Origin: Octopus vulgaris
Lineage: Eukaryota
Reading direction: 5' to 3'
DNA length: 64,000 nucleotides
Assembly (NCBI GenBank): GCA_951406725.2
Contig: OX597814.1
Coordinates: forward strand, 128,216,001-128,280,000
Below the pieces are notes generated by a model, which made no database searches, had not been told where the DNA came from, and saw only the letters and a list, made by a program, of their open reading frames with translations. Positions 27,905 to 41,098 of the stretch are shown piece after piece. How positions within the stretch are numbered: the first letter of the stretch is position 1; each line of letters begins with the position of its first letter. The position numbers were made by a program, and so were the translations under genes.

Positions 27905-29138
27905 TCAGGCTGAGTAAAAAGTAAGCACCGTTTTGAAACATGAAATTCATCACAATATATTTCAACAATGCAGAAATTTGATTCATCAAAGTAAGTACCA
28001 TTACAATGAATACATTTTTGCCAATGAGTTACAAGTTTCTTTATTCTGGTAACATAAAAATCTGGAGTTCTGGAGCTGATGAACTCTTTGAATGCACTTT
28101 CAGCATTGGTTTGATTTTTGAACTCCTTCTCTCATAGGAAACCATTGGAGTGCTTTAAAAGGTGGTAGTTGGTAGAAGAAAGGTCTGGGGAATAAGCTAG
28201 GTGGAGAAGAACTTCGTAGCCAAATTCTCTCAACTTCTGGAGCATCATTAGTGAAACTAATGATTGGCCCTCTTCTGTTGTCCAGTCTGGGGTGGAGGAG
28301 TAGCAGTTTTTCATTCATTTTGGTAATTTCATGGCAATATGTTTCTGTAGTAATGGTTTTTCCAGGTTCTAAGAAGTTATAGGGGATGAGTCCAACAGTA
28401 CACCACCAAACAGTCACCATAACCTTCTTTTTGAAGAGATCAAATTTAAGGAAGGTTTTCAGTGCTTCATTTTGGTCCAATCACTGTGAAGAACATTTTT
28501 TATTATTGTACAGAATCCACTTTTCATCGCAAGTTACAATACAGTCAGGAAATGGATCAGTCTGGTTATGGAGAAGAAGCGACGAGCAAATTTCATATCT
28601 GCACATTTTCTGATTTTCATTCAAATCGTGTAGTAACCATTTGTTGAGCTTTTTTGATTTTCCGATCACATACAAACTTGAAGTTCTTTTGCCAGTTCTT
28701 GAGTGATTTTGCATGGATCTTTCTCAATTACGGTCTTTAGTTGACTGTCATTGATGACAGATGGGCGTCCACTATGTTCACGATCTTCAAGGCTCAGGTT
28801 TCCACTGTGAAATCATTTAAACCATTTTCGAGCTGACCACTCACTGGTCATTTCCTGACTAAATGTTTCGTTGATATTGTGAGCAGTTTCAGCTGCTTTA
28901 CATCTTTATTTAAGTTCAATAGCAAAACTGCTTGAATACCATTCTTTGATAGTTCCATTTCAGATGGTTGTAACAATGGTGAAAAATGTATCAATGTTAA
29001 TTTATTGACGAATTTGGGCAGTCTATGTCTATATTATCAGACAATTACAAAACAATGTTTAAAAAATTCAAAACTCTGCAAAAATCTGGTACAAATTCTT
29101 CGTGGTCCAAAATGTTGCTTACTTTTTACTCAACCTGA
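27905..29138 (-). mobile_element. Near full-length decayed mariner transposon
   Basis: TIRs tcaggctgagtaaaaagtaagcac / ttgcttactttttactcaacctga, TA TSD; motifs WLLHDL, IVTCDEKWILYNN, KKVMVTVWW, YSPDLSSTNYHL in broken frames. Confidence 0.93.
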
Positions 29139-30077
29139 TAGTTCAATCTATGGTGATATCTGTTGGAGTTTTAACTAATTTGTGTCATATCTTTACCAGA
29201 CCATCATCACGCGCACAATCACACAAAAGAAAGAAGAAAGAAAAAAATTAAATAAATAAAATGAAATAAAGATTGAAAATCTAAAAAAAATAAATATAAA
29301 ACTAATCAATAAAACAATATCTAAGGAAAATCACTAAAATGAAATGAATGAATTTATAAGCAATTTAGAATATATCACATGCAACAAGCAGATGTAGGTA
29401 TAGTTGTGAAGTTAAGAAGTTTACATTGCAACCACATGGTTGATCCTACAGTGTGCCATCTGGAGCAAGAGCCTTCAGCTATAACCACAGGTACTTCAAT
29501 GTTTTGTGTGAGAAATTTGGCAAATAGAAATTGTGAGAATACCCATCATACATGTGTGTTTGTGTGTATACGTGCAATCATATGTGTATGTATGTATGAG
29601 TATATGAATATGTATGTGTGTGTACATGTATCATCATCAATCAAATGTCCTCTTTCCATGCTGACATGCATTGGACAAATTGTGACAGTCTGAGCCATTT
29701 CTTATTGAGAGCTACTGTTCATTTAGACTGGTTGGTTTTTGTATGTCATTTGACTTGGTTTCTACCACCAGGTGCCCTTCTGATCACCAACCATTTTACA
29801 GAGTATACCGGATGCATTTTCTCATGGCACCACCTTGAAAGAGTTTGCATTCTTGGTGTGAGGAAGGGCATCCAGCCATTGAAGCCATGCTAAAGTAAAC
29901 ACTGGAGCTCAACGCAGTTCTCTAGCTCATCAGATCCTGTTGAACTGCTCCAACCATGCCAGCATTGAAGATGGATGCCAAAAAGTGATAATGATGGCAG
30001 GACAAGAGGGACCTCATAAATATATATTCAACACGATACAAGATGTGTGTGTATATATATATTAAACATGATACAAG

Positions 30078-30166
<89 letters not shown>

Positions 30167-30830
30167 TATAATACAGGATGGAGGGGTCTTTTTAGTCTTG
30201 TCAAAGCTGGTGGCATATCAAAACACACTCAGTTCATGGTGTAGAGTGATTATTGATAGAAAGTATATCTGTAAAAGTAAGAGGATGAGTGCCTCATATT
30301 GTAAGGGCATATGGCTCATTAGAAGAAAATTGTAAGAGGCCAAGTGCTTCATTTCAAGGACATGGTGTCATCTGAGGTAAGAGGCTTAGTGCCTCATTGT
30401 AAGGACCTTGAGTCCAAAAGAAATATTGCCTCAAATTGTAAGTTCACAAAAGAACAATGTTTTAGAGAAGCAAAGATGTCTTCTCTCATTAATACCATCC
30501 TGTTCATCATTCATCTCATCTCATTAATGTCTTTGTCCAGCCCGTAGCTTCTCCATCTGTGTATGGCTTTCATGGCCAATTTAATGGAATAAAAAAGTAG
30601 CCAACCTGTGTGATCATGTAAAAAAAAAGAATGTGTGATGATGATGATAATGATAGTGGTGGTGGTGTTGGTGGTGGTGATAGTGATAGTGGGGTGGAAA
30701 AGGAGAAAAGAGATGATGATGATGATGATACTGATGATAATGCCATGACAACTTCATCAGCAGCAGACTGCTCCAGACAGACTTCATTTCAAAGCAGGCC
30801 TCAATATAAAAAAAAAAGGGATCCACTTAC

Positions 30831-30917
30831 AGTTATTGTTTTAAATAAGTAATATCCAGGCTTTAAGAATCCAACTAGAATGAATACCAAAACACCAATC
30901 TTGCTTTCCTTCTTCAT
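30831..30917 (-). CDS. TM-protein exon: MKKESKIGVLVFILVGFLKPGYYLFKTIT
   Basis: Acceptor tttattctgcag, donor ACT|gtaagt; 87 bp, phase 0 to 0. Confidence 0.9.
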
Positions 30918-31132
30918 CTGCAGAATAAATGAAAAGTGTGTGTATAGTCAATTGTAAGTAGTAAGTTGTCCTATATAGTCAGATGTACATAGTCCTATGT
31001 GATCAGTTGCATAAACTTAGAAGGTCATATAAGACTGAAGCCTGTCCACATTAGTCATTATACCTACCAAAAGTCCAGGCTAACACCTACCCCACTACCA
31101 CAACATGCTTCCATTTAATATTAATCAATTTG

Positions 31133-31535
31133 AAAGGCGGCGAGCTGGCAGAAATGTTAGCATGCTGGGTGAAATGCTTAGCGGTATTTTGTCTGTCTTT
31201 ACATTCTGAGTTCAAATTCTGCCGAGGTCAACTTTGTCTTTCATCCTTTTGGGGTCGATTAAATAAGTACCAGTTACGCACTGTGGTTGATATAATCGAC
31301 TTAATCCATTTGTCTGTCCTTGTTTGTCCCTTCTATGTTTAGCACCTTGTGGGTAGTAAAGAAATAGGTATTTTGTCTGTCTTTACGTTCTGAGTTCAAA
31401 TTCCGCCGAGGTCGACTTTGCCTTTCGTCCTATTGGGGTTGATAAATTAAGTACCAGTTACACACTGGGGTCGATCTAATCGATTGACCCCTTCCCACAA
31501 AATATTGGGTCTTGTGCCCAGAGTAGAAAAGAATA
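31133..31535 (+). mobile_element. tRNA-derived SINE with Nin/Deu-like domain, partially duplicated; copies at 19126, 33561, 44010, 52010, 54003, 56660, 61560, 62530
   Basis: ggcggcgagctggcagaa head; gactttgcctttcatcctttcggggtcgataaattaagtacc core. Confidence 0.85.
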
Positions 31536-31769
31536 ATAATCAATTTGAATTTTGTCTTCCTTAACAAGTCGTGCCGTTGATGCTAATGATTTCTCTTCTT
31601 ATTTTGCTGGAGCTAAATTTGTCAGAAAAATTCCATTTTAACTCATTGCATTATGTTAGCCCATATATAACTGTGTGTGTGTGTGTGTGTATGTATGTGT
31701 GAGTGAATATATGTGTGTGTGTTTATATGTGAGTGTGTGTGTTTGTGTGCATGTGTGAGTATATATGAA

Positions 31770-32440
31770 GAAAACAATCCATTTTGAAGAGAATGGTGAC
31801 AGGGAATGGAAAATGGATTGTCTGCAATAATGTGAAGTGCAAATAATCATGGAGGAAGCATGGTGAATCACCACAAACAACTTCCAAAGCAGGACTTCGC
31901 CCAAAGAAAGTTATGTTTTCGATTTAGTGAGATTTAGAGGGTGCTGTCTTTCATGAGTTCCTTCCCATTGACAGGACCATCAATCTGGATGTATACTGTG
32001 ACCAGCTAGACAAATTAAACACAGCAATCCACAAGAAGCATCGATTATAAGGGCATTGTTTTTCATCACAGCAATGCCAGACCACACACTTTTTAGCATA
32101 TGAGGCGAAAGTTACTGGGGCTTTGCTGGAAAGTTTTTCTACACCCTCCATATTCATCCAGCCTGCTACCTTCAGATTTTCACTTGCTTCGGTCTTCTCA
32201 AAATTCATTGAATGGAAAGACCTTACACTCTGAAACAGGATGCAAAAATTCACCTAGAAGAGTTTTGCATCAGTAAAGATAGGAAATTCTTTGATCAGGG
32301 TATAATGGATCTGTCCAGAAGATGGCAGATGATGCGGGAATGAAATGGTAATTATATCATTGATTGAATAAATTGCTTTGTGTTTAAAACTTGTATCATG
32401 TTTTCACTTAAAATAAAAGAAAACAAATGTTTTGGTTAAC
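31770..32440 (+). mobile_element. Degenerate mariner transposase 3' fragment
   Basis: Translates TINLDVYCDQLDKL and HPPYSSSLLPSDFHLLRSSQNSLNGK. Confidence 0.8.
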
Positions 32441-32466
32441 TCAACGTGTGCATGCATGCATGTAAA

Positions 32467-33985
32467 TACATGGGCTGGAAAGTTCATAGGCTAACTACGA
32501 AGGAGTGACGCTAAAGTAGTGAAATCATGCATGCACTAATTTCAGCTCTTCTTATTAATAACTGTATTGTTTCTTTCCAGGTAAACTGGTATCTAATTGT
32601 TCAAAGAAAACTTCAAAAGTACCTAGTAGCGACTTCTCTTGAAAATCAACAAAATTTGACATCACAGTACCTGCAGAAAAAGGGTATAGCCCCCATGAAC
32701 ATTCATGGTATATTAGGGGCTGATGCTCTAGCTTTATCTACAATGTAAAAAGTGGGCAGCGGAATTTAGGAGAAGGGAGTCTTGAAGATGACCCAGGGTC
32801 TGGATGTCCTGCAATTGTCACCACCAAGGAAAACATCAATCCTGTGCACCACATGGTCATGGATGACAGGTGATTGACTATAAATCAAATAGTCAATACT
32901 ATTAGCATACCCTGTGAGAGAGTTGAAAATGTTTTGTACAATGAAGATTTCTGCTTGGTGGATGTCACATCTTCTGATACCTGATCAAAAACACACCAGG
33001 TTGATCACATCACGGGAAAATCTGACATTATTTGAGACCAATCTAGTTGGTTTCTTTGAATGTTTACCAAGCCAGGATGAGTGTTGGCTTCATTACTTTG
33101 AGCCAGAGACAAAGAGACAATCCATGCAGAGGAAACACCCCTCCTTACCTGCTCCAAAGAAAGGTCAAGGTTGTTTCATCTGTAGGGTAGATGATGGTCT
33201 CAGTTTTTTTGAGATGCAAAAGGCACTGTGTTTATTGATCATCTTCAAAAGGGCCACACCATCAATGGAGAGTACTATGCCAAATTGCTGAGGTAGTTAA
33301 AAAAAGGTTATCAAGACCAAACGGCCAGGAGAGCTGATGAAATATCTTGTTGCATCAGGACAAAGCTCCAACACACAAGTCCTTGGTTGCAATGACTGCT
33401 GTGCATTACTAACCCTAACCCTAGCTTTGAACTGGTTGATCACCCACCCTATTCTCCTGATTTGGTCCCATCTCACTATCATCTGTTCCCCAACATCAAA
33501 AAACACTTGGCTGGGAACCAGTATTGTAGTGATGATGACATTATATCTGGTGTTATATCTGCGGCGAGCTGGCAGAGACACTAGCACGTCGTGCGAAGTG
33601 CTTCACGGTATTTCGCCCGTCGCTACGTTCCGAGTTCAAATTCCGCTGAGGTCGACTTTGCCTTTCATCCTTTCGGGGTCGATAAATTAAGTACCAGTTA
33701 ATCACTGGGGTTGATGTAATTGACTTAATCTGTTTGTCTGTCCTTGTTTGTCCCCTCTATGTTTAGCCCCTTGTGGGCAATAAAGAAACAATTATATCTG
33801 CTGTTGATAGACATATTTTGACCACCAGGATGGAAGCTTCTTCACCAATGGGATCCAAGCGCTACAATAACTGATGAAAAATGTGTGTAGACTGCAAGAG
33901 GGACTATGTTGAAAATAAACTTCATTTGGTCACATTCCATGGGAGTATCTCAGTCAGCCTATGAACTTTTCAGATGATCCTCATA
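32467..33985 (+). mobile_element. Decayed mariner (irritans-like) interrupted by a SINE
   Basis: TIR-like aaagttcataggct / agcctatgaacttt; ISAWWMSHLL, QDECWLHYFEPETKRQSMQ, HPPYSPDL; SINE 33561-33790 flanked by ttatatctg duplication. Confidence 0.88.
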
Positions 33986-34342
33986 AAGCATCAAAGTCAC
34001 ATTGATATGCAATAGACAGCTGATTAGAGATGTTCCCTCATTGTACTAAATATATTTTTGGCTCCACATAATAATAATCCTGTTGAAGATGTTTTACTTA
34101 CCTAGAATATTACATGTTCTTAGAGTACTTTAGTCCTTGTTATAGGTGTTAGATGTAATTTCTTGCATAGAAGTAATAATAATTTTTAACAAAGTTAAAA
34201 AGCTGTTATAGGGCTGATATGAAGTATATTCTCTACTATTTACCTTGCTAGATATGAAGAATTCATACATCCCAATGGAAATGCAATGATTATTTACAAA
34301 CTTCAAAATTTGTCTGAATTGAATGAAAGTTAAAGAACTTAC

Positions 34343-34477
34343 CAACACGTAGCCAAGAAAATCCCACGCTAAGGATATTGGAATGCCAATAAACAGAACA
34401 ACAAGCTCCATAGTGTTTAGGGTAAGGTTGGCAAAGTTATTAAACCGCAGACTAAGAGTAAGAATCACAACGCTGAC
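34343..34477 (-). CDS. TM-protein exon: VSVVILTLSLRFNNFANLTLNTMELVVLFIGIPISLAWDFLGYVL
   Basis: Acceptor tattttctag, donor TTG|gtaagt; 135 bp, phase 0 to 0; overlaps ORF 34130..34468. Confidence 0.92.
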
Positions 34478-35295
34478 CTAGAAAATATATTTCAAATTTT
34501 CATTTTTAAAAACTGATTTTTATAAATGAAGGAATAATAATGAGCTGCTTAGTTATCCAATAAGGTATAGAGAATCAATCTACTGCAGATATTTCACACT
34601 GTATTTCATATATGGAAATAAGTGTGTGTAATTAAACATATGTTATTATCATTACAAGAATACCTGAGCCATCAATGATGGTAGGTGTTTTACTAAATTT
34701 TGTGATAGTTACAACATTTTGGCTTGTATGTATGAATATTTGAGTTTTACCAATTGTAGGTAATGTTGAAAAATGTACATGATGAAAGTTGCTAATGCGA
34801 GTAGCAGAATTTTAATATAAAAAAAAGCCAAAATAACAGGAAAATAAGGAAATTATATTTATCACTCCTAAAATATTATACAGGTCTGATTACTTTTGGT
34901 ATGTACAATTCACTCATTATTCATTCTACATTATGTTAATTTCTACAATAAATACTCTATTAATTTTGCAAGTGTTGGACATATATAAGAATTAAAAACT
35001 TCCAAAATATATGCATATATACACATGGGTACATGATGTTACAAACAGGTTACATACATTTTCTAAAGGTTTTCAAGGAACAGCAGTTTATGCAAAAGCT
35101 ACACATCTACAACATATTTGACACATTCCAAAGCATTATTATTCACATTCACTGAGAAAGTTCCTGAAGAACATTTCTTGTATAGACATGAGGAGGCACC
35201 AACATACTTTGACCTTCTGAATTTTCAATCTGTAATTTCAGATTATTTCTGATTTCTGCTCTACTTAAAGGAAGGTATACAAGTTTGCAGTGTAA

Positions 35296-35691
35296 TCTTT
35301 ATATATAAAGCTGAAGTTGTCTGTGTGTGACAGGTTTGGTAGCCTTCAACTAACACTATCTCCTCCGAGACCCTGCAGCGCAAGTTGACCAAAATTGAGA
35401 GTATGATAGAAGAAGGCTTGCTCTTCATTCCATAGAAGAAAAAATTCAAATCGGACCATGTTAACACCAAAAATTATTTACATCAAAAAGCTGCTTTTTT
35501 TCTATGAAAATCCCTACTTTTTACAATTTTTTTACTACTGTGTCGCCATTTTTCGGTGTATTTCAACCAGAAAAATGTTTACTTAAAGAGTATAACAAGC
35601 TACATAATGCTAAATTTTTACTTTGCAAAAATTCCAATTCTAAAGGGTCGAAAAGAAAACAAACCCGAGCAATGCCGGGCAATACTACTAG
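35296..35691 (+). mobile_element. Non-autonomous Helitron-like element
   Basis: A|TC 5' end, subterminal hairpin cccgagcaatgccggg, CTAG|T 3' end, no TSD; sister copy at 53224-53615. Confidence 0.8.
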
Positions 35692-36076
35692 TAAGTAAAT
35701 AGGCTAAAGTTCAATACACAATACCTCTCAGTAAGTTGAATATAAAATTTGATATGTGTATTTTATTGTTGTGTAGTGGCAAATTGTTTGCATGCTATAT
35801 TCAGTTTGATGTATAGTGAGTCTTGTTTTGTTACTTCTTGTGTTAGTTAACATTTAATTTGTAGTGAAATTTTCAGTAGTATTCAGTGTTAAATGTACAG
35901 AATATGTGCAGGAGTGGCTGTGTGGTAAGTAGCTTGTTTACCAACCGCATGGTTCCGGGTTCAGTACCACTGTGTGGCACCTTGGGCAAGTGTCTTCTAT
36001 TATAGCCTCAGGTCAACCAAAGCCTTGTGAGTGGATTTGGTAGACGGAAACTGAAAGAAGCTCGTCGTATATATGT

Positions 36077-36160
<84 letters not shown>

Positions 36161-36539
36161 ATATGTTTGTGTGTCTGTGTTTGTCCCCCCAACATCACTT
36201 GACAACCGATGCTGGTGTGTTTACATCCCTGTAACTTAGCGGTTCAACAAAAGAGACAGATAGAATAAGTACTAGGCTTCGAAAGAATAAGTCCTGGGGT
36301 CGATTTGCTCGACTAAAGATGGTGCTCCAGCATGGCCACAGTCAAATGACTGAAACAAGTAAAAGACTAAAAGAGTATGTGCTGTGTGAATTGCATTAAA
36401 GGTAAACGTGCACAATATATATCACATGAGTTGTGATATAGTATCAAGAGGTGATTGTGTAGAATATGCATTTTGTAAGTTGTGTTATAGTACAGGAAGG
36501 TGACTGTATATAATACATGCCATGTAAATTGTGTTATTT

Positions 36540-37100
36540 TACTGAGTTCTGCTATTGAATTGTAAGTTGCTTGCAGTACAAAGAAAGGTTATTTTCTTGA
36601 GATAGTGTACAAAACTGTAGGCCCTGATATGATAAGACTGATAATGGTCATGCTGTGAATGCTAACCTTTATGCTTAACAACTGCAGCAAGTATATGGTG
36701 CTCTTGAAAGTGAACTACTTAGTATGTGTTAAAGACTTATGTGCCTACGGCCTGACAATGCCCCAGGACAAACTCCCATTATGACCAAGTGCAAAACTTG
36801 AGGGACTGGGAGTATTGCCTCACCCCACCTACAGTCCAGACCATGCACCATCAGATTTTCCAAGTTATGGCTAATTTCCTGCATAGACAGAGATTCAATA
36901 TTGTGGGTGAGATTGAAAATAGGCACAAGGAGATCTTTGTCTTTAAACCAGCCGAATAGTATAAGATTGGAATTAAGCTTCTGGCACAATGATAGAAACA
37001 GACAATAGAATACAATGGTATATATTTTCATGAATAAATGCTTATCATATGTAATTTTTTAAAACTATTAATTAAAGCTGAACATATAGAAAAACTTTGA
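36540..37100 (+). mobile_element. Highly degenerate mariner fragment
   Basis: VLPHPTYSPDHAPSDF-like motif near 36810-36860. Confidence 0.6.
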
Positions 37101-37151
37101 TTCAAGCTAGTATTGATTCTTTTATCCACAAAGATCTAAAATTAATGTTGA

Positions 37152-37182
<31 letters not shown>

Positions 37183-37205
37183 TGTGTTATATTTCTGGAA
37201 GATCA

Positions 37206-37444
37206 TTATGCCAATGATAAACACACACACGGGCAGCTCTATTTCACTTCTTTTATCATTATTAGTCAATTGGTTAAATATTTAATCAGTTAACTAACTG
37301 ATTATTAAATGAAAGGCTTGTTTGGATGAATGAATAATCAAACAATTGGCTAATTAATTGGTTAAATGGTTAACTAATCAACTAATAGTAATAATAATAA
37401 AAGAAGTGAAATAGAACCAGTGCATGTGTTTATCATTGGCATAA
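37206..37444. repeat. Degenerate inverted repeat next to (TA)n
   Basis: ttatgccaatgataaacac..ctatttcacttctttta / taaaagaagtgaaatag..gtgtttatcattggcataa. Confidence 0.82.
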
Positions 37445-37908
37445 AGACCCTTATGAGAGACAACAGAATCAAAAAGTTAGATAAGCCATTATGAATTAAT
37501 GCTTGTAGTTGTTCCTCTGATGATGGTACATATAAAAAGCTGTTATAATTTCATACTCTGTATCAGTCAAGTAATATAAGGTTCATTGGCTAAAGATATA
37601 GTAGAGCAGTTGTAACAAAAGACAACTGATCATATAAGCTATCTGAAAAAAAAAAATCTTAATCCTTTTCTGTATTATTTCTATTGAGATACACTGTCTT
37701 TGTTTCAATTAATTTGGAAAATAACGAGGAGTTTAGAAAAATTACTTCATTATTAAATTTTGATGCAAAACTTTAGCTTAGATCACTTTAAAAGGGAGAA
37801 ATTTGCATCATACAATTAGGGAGAGGGGTGGTGGTGTTGCGCAGGTTGGTATCAAATGGGTTAAAACTGAGATAAAATATTTGTCTGAAGCAAATAAAAA
37901 CAACTTAC

Positions 37909-37967
37909 AGTGACTTGGAGATCAAATTTTAATAATGTTGAAAACAGTGTTGCCTGTTTGTACATGT
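37909..37967 (-). CDS. TM-protein exon: (N)MYKQATLFSTLLKFDLQVT
   Basis: Acceptor tttctttattcag, donor ACT|gtaagt; 59 bp, phase 1 to 0. Confidence 0.92.
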
Positions 37968-37992
37968 CTGAATAAAGAAAAAGAAAAAAAAA

Positions 37993-39575
37993 ATGATAAA
38001 TGATATTGTAGGTATATACATTCTATCTCATTTTAATAATAAATTTCCAGATATTAAAGGAAGACTGTATAGAGATGATGAGCTGTTATTGATTAACAGT
38101 GTATCAAATAGGAAATTAGACTTATATAAGAAAAAATTGCATAGTATTTTTAAAAGATTTGGTTTATCCTTCTGTTGAAAATGAACAAGATTTTGTTAAT
38201 TATTTAGATGTTAATCTGAATCTTGTTGCTGATAAATGTGGCCCATATCATAAACCAAACAATAATTTGAAAAATATTAACTTTAATAGTAATCATTCTA
38301 AAGCAATTACACAAACTTTAGTTGATAATATTTTGAGGTATGTTTAACATTTTTCTACTAATGAGGAAATTATAAACAATAATGAAGAATATTATAATGA
38401 GGTCCTTAAAAGAGTGGGATATATGCATAGGATTGTATAATGTAATAAAAATAAAGACTATAAAAAATATTCTTATAATAATGATAAATCAATAAACACC
38501 GAATCTGTAGATCTAATAGTAGTGATGTGAGCAATAAAATTAAAATTTGTAAATCTCATAAAAATGTAAATAGTAATAAGGTTGATGAGGTAATTAATAA
38601 ATTAAACACTTCAGAATCTATAGATAACCAAAGTAAGAGCAGAAGGAAATATAGTGTAAATGCATGTTCTAAAATCAATACTAATAATGTAGATACACTA
38701 AACCGGTCTTCTAATAATATTCATGTTATTGATAATAAGAATAATAGTAATAGTAGCAGTAGGAATAAGAAAAAGTGTAGTAATTATAATATTCTGTATG
38801 AAAATGGACTTAAGTTTAAGACTAAAAAGTACACCCAATATGCAGGTTTTGATACACTTAATACTGTTACTTCTATAAATGAAAAAAAACATTTGGTTTA
38901 TTGGTTTATTATTCTTTATGCTAAACAAATAAAAACTAATTTGGTTAAGCTTTTTAAAGATCTATATCTAAACATTTTAATAAAGAAAATAATTATAATA
39001 AAATAAATAATAATGAAAAGATCAGAATTGGCTTTTCAGTATCTAAAAATTTGTTTAGAATTATCTCTTTAATTAATAACAAAAATATTAGACATATTTT
39101 ATAGTAATAGAAATAATAATAATTCTATTCCTGATAATTATTTTCGCTAGAACTTGTGATTGTAGATTTAAGGATAAATGTTATTTCAATAACTTTTGTA
39201 TGCAAAATAACCTTGCATATAGATGTAGAGTTGAATCTGAAGGGGAAAATTATTTTTACATTGGGTCAACTGAAAATTTTATTCAAAGACACATTACAAA
39301 CCATAAATATACTTTTAGGAACAGGGATAGAGCGAACAGCATCAGTTCAAGTAAATTTATATGGAAGTTAAAGGATAGTGTGAAATTGTACAACATTAAA
39401 TGGCAAATACTTAATCATGCTAGATCTTATAAAATTGTAGATAATAGATGTAACCTATGTGTGGCTGAAATATATAAAATTTTAACATAAAAAAAGAAGC
39501 TTCTTAATAACAGACAGGAAGTGGTTTATCTAGTAAAGACTCTTCTAAACATGTGCTTAGAAAATTTTATTAAAT
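37993..39575 (+). mobile_element. Decayed 5'-truncated Penelope-like retroelement (RT + GIY-YIG, Naiad-like)
   Basis: GRLYRDD, VNYLDVNLNL, YHKPNN..SNH, CDCRFKDKC..C, YFYIGSTE..NHKYTF, KFIWKLK..IKWQIL, CNLCVAE; frameshifted. Confidence 0.88.
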
Positions 39576-40167
39576 GTATTATTTCAAGGATTATAATAAA
39601 TAATTTTTTTTATTTATTTTGAATATATGTATATGAATGTATGTATGTGCATGTATTTCTGTGTGTAAGTATATATGTATGTGCATGTGTATTTATATAT
39701 GTGTGTGCAGGTGTGTATATGTTTATGCAATGAGTTGGCAGAAATGTTAATGAGGAGGGCGAAATGCCTAGTGGTATTTCGTCTGTCTTTTCGTTCTGAG
39801 TTCACATTCCACCGAGGCCTACTTTACCTTCGGTATATTTCAGGTGCCAGTGCCGCTGGACTGGTTCCAATGCAGGTGGCACATAAAAAGCACCATTTGA
39901 GCGTGACCATTGCCAGTACCACCTGACTGTCCCTCGTGCCGGTGGCATGTAAAAGCAACCACTACATTCACGGAGTGGTTGGCATTAGGAAGGGCGTCCA
40001 GCTGTAGAAACTCTGCCAGATCAGATTGGAGTCTGGTGCAGCCATCTGGTTCACCAGACCTCAGTCAAATCGTCCAACCCATGCTAGCATGGAAAGCAGA
40101 CATTAATCGATGATGATGATGATGATGATGATATATATATATGTATCCGTGTGTGTGTGTGTGTGTG

Positions 40168-40209
<42 letters not shown>

Positions 40210-40350
40210 CGTGTGTGTGTGTGTATATATATTTATAAATATATATTTGAATTTGTATACATGTTAAATAAATAAATGGATAAATAAATAAATGAATGAA
40301 TGAATAAATAAATAAGGTGATACTAATTTCTTTAAAAATTAAAATACTGA

Positions 40351-41098
40351 TAGCTATATGACACACGAACCTGCGTCCATTACAACCTTCGAAGGTTGTA
40401 ATGGACGCAGGTTCGTGTGTCATATAGCTAGCTAGAGGTGATGGCCTCTTGGAGCTAATCAGCGACAGCTTTAGTCTTATGTTTATAGACTGCCATATTA
40501 GTATGGCGATAACTATTAATATCCAGTAACGTTGCTGTAATCTCCTTTAGAGAGACTTAGTAATTTTAATATTTCTATCATTGAAAACAAGTGGATGTAT
40601 TCCACTGTAACTAGGTAAATAAAATCTTCGAACAGACGGTCAGTAGCGACACCTGCTGGTTCTGACTACGCTGCATTGATAAAGGGCAACAACCCTGAAA
40701 CATGTCTGCAGATGTCTGACTAGCAAGGTGAAGCGGCTGACCTCCCCTGTTCGAAGGTTGTAATGGACGCAGGTTCATGTGTCATATAGCTAGCTAGAGG
40801 CGATGGCCTCTTGAAGCTAATCAGTGACAGCTTTAGTCTTATGTTTATAGACTGCCAATATTAGTATGGCGATAACTATTAATATCCAGTAACGCTGCCA
40901 TAATCTCCTTTAGAGAGACATAGTAATTTTAATATGACACACGAACCTGCGTCCATTACAACCTTCGAAGGTTGTAATGGACGCAGGTTCGTGTGTCATA
41001 TAGCTAGCTAGAGGCGATGGCCTCTTGGAGCTAATCAGCGATAGCTTTAGTCTTATGTTTATAGACTGCCATATTAGTGTGGCGATAACTATTAATAT
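40351..41098 (+). repeat. Partial tandem array (362-nt period) with two perfect palindromes and a hammerhead-like motif
   Basis: ttcgaaggttgtaatggacgcagg starts at 40388, 40750, 40964; palindromes 40351-40430 and 40932-41001. Confidence 0.92.
40671..40711 (+). ncRNA. Minimal type I hammerhead motif with two core substitutions
   Basis: ctgca TTGATAA aggg-caacaa-ccct GAAA cat GTC tgcag; stems I and II perfect, stem III acatgt palindromic; core differs from CTGATGA at 2 positions. Confidence 0.68.

Noticed and set aside
34243-34313. Possible extra exon inside ORF 34130..34468
   Set aside because: Implied intron is under 30 nt and the phase-0 frame hits a stop.
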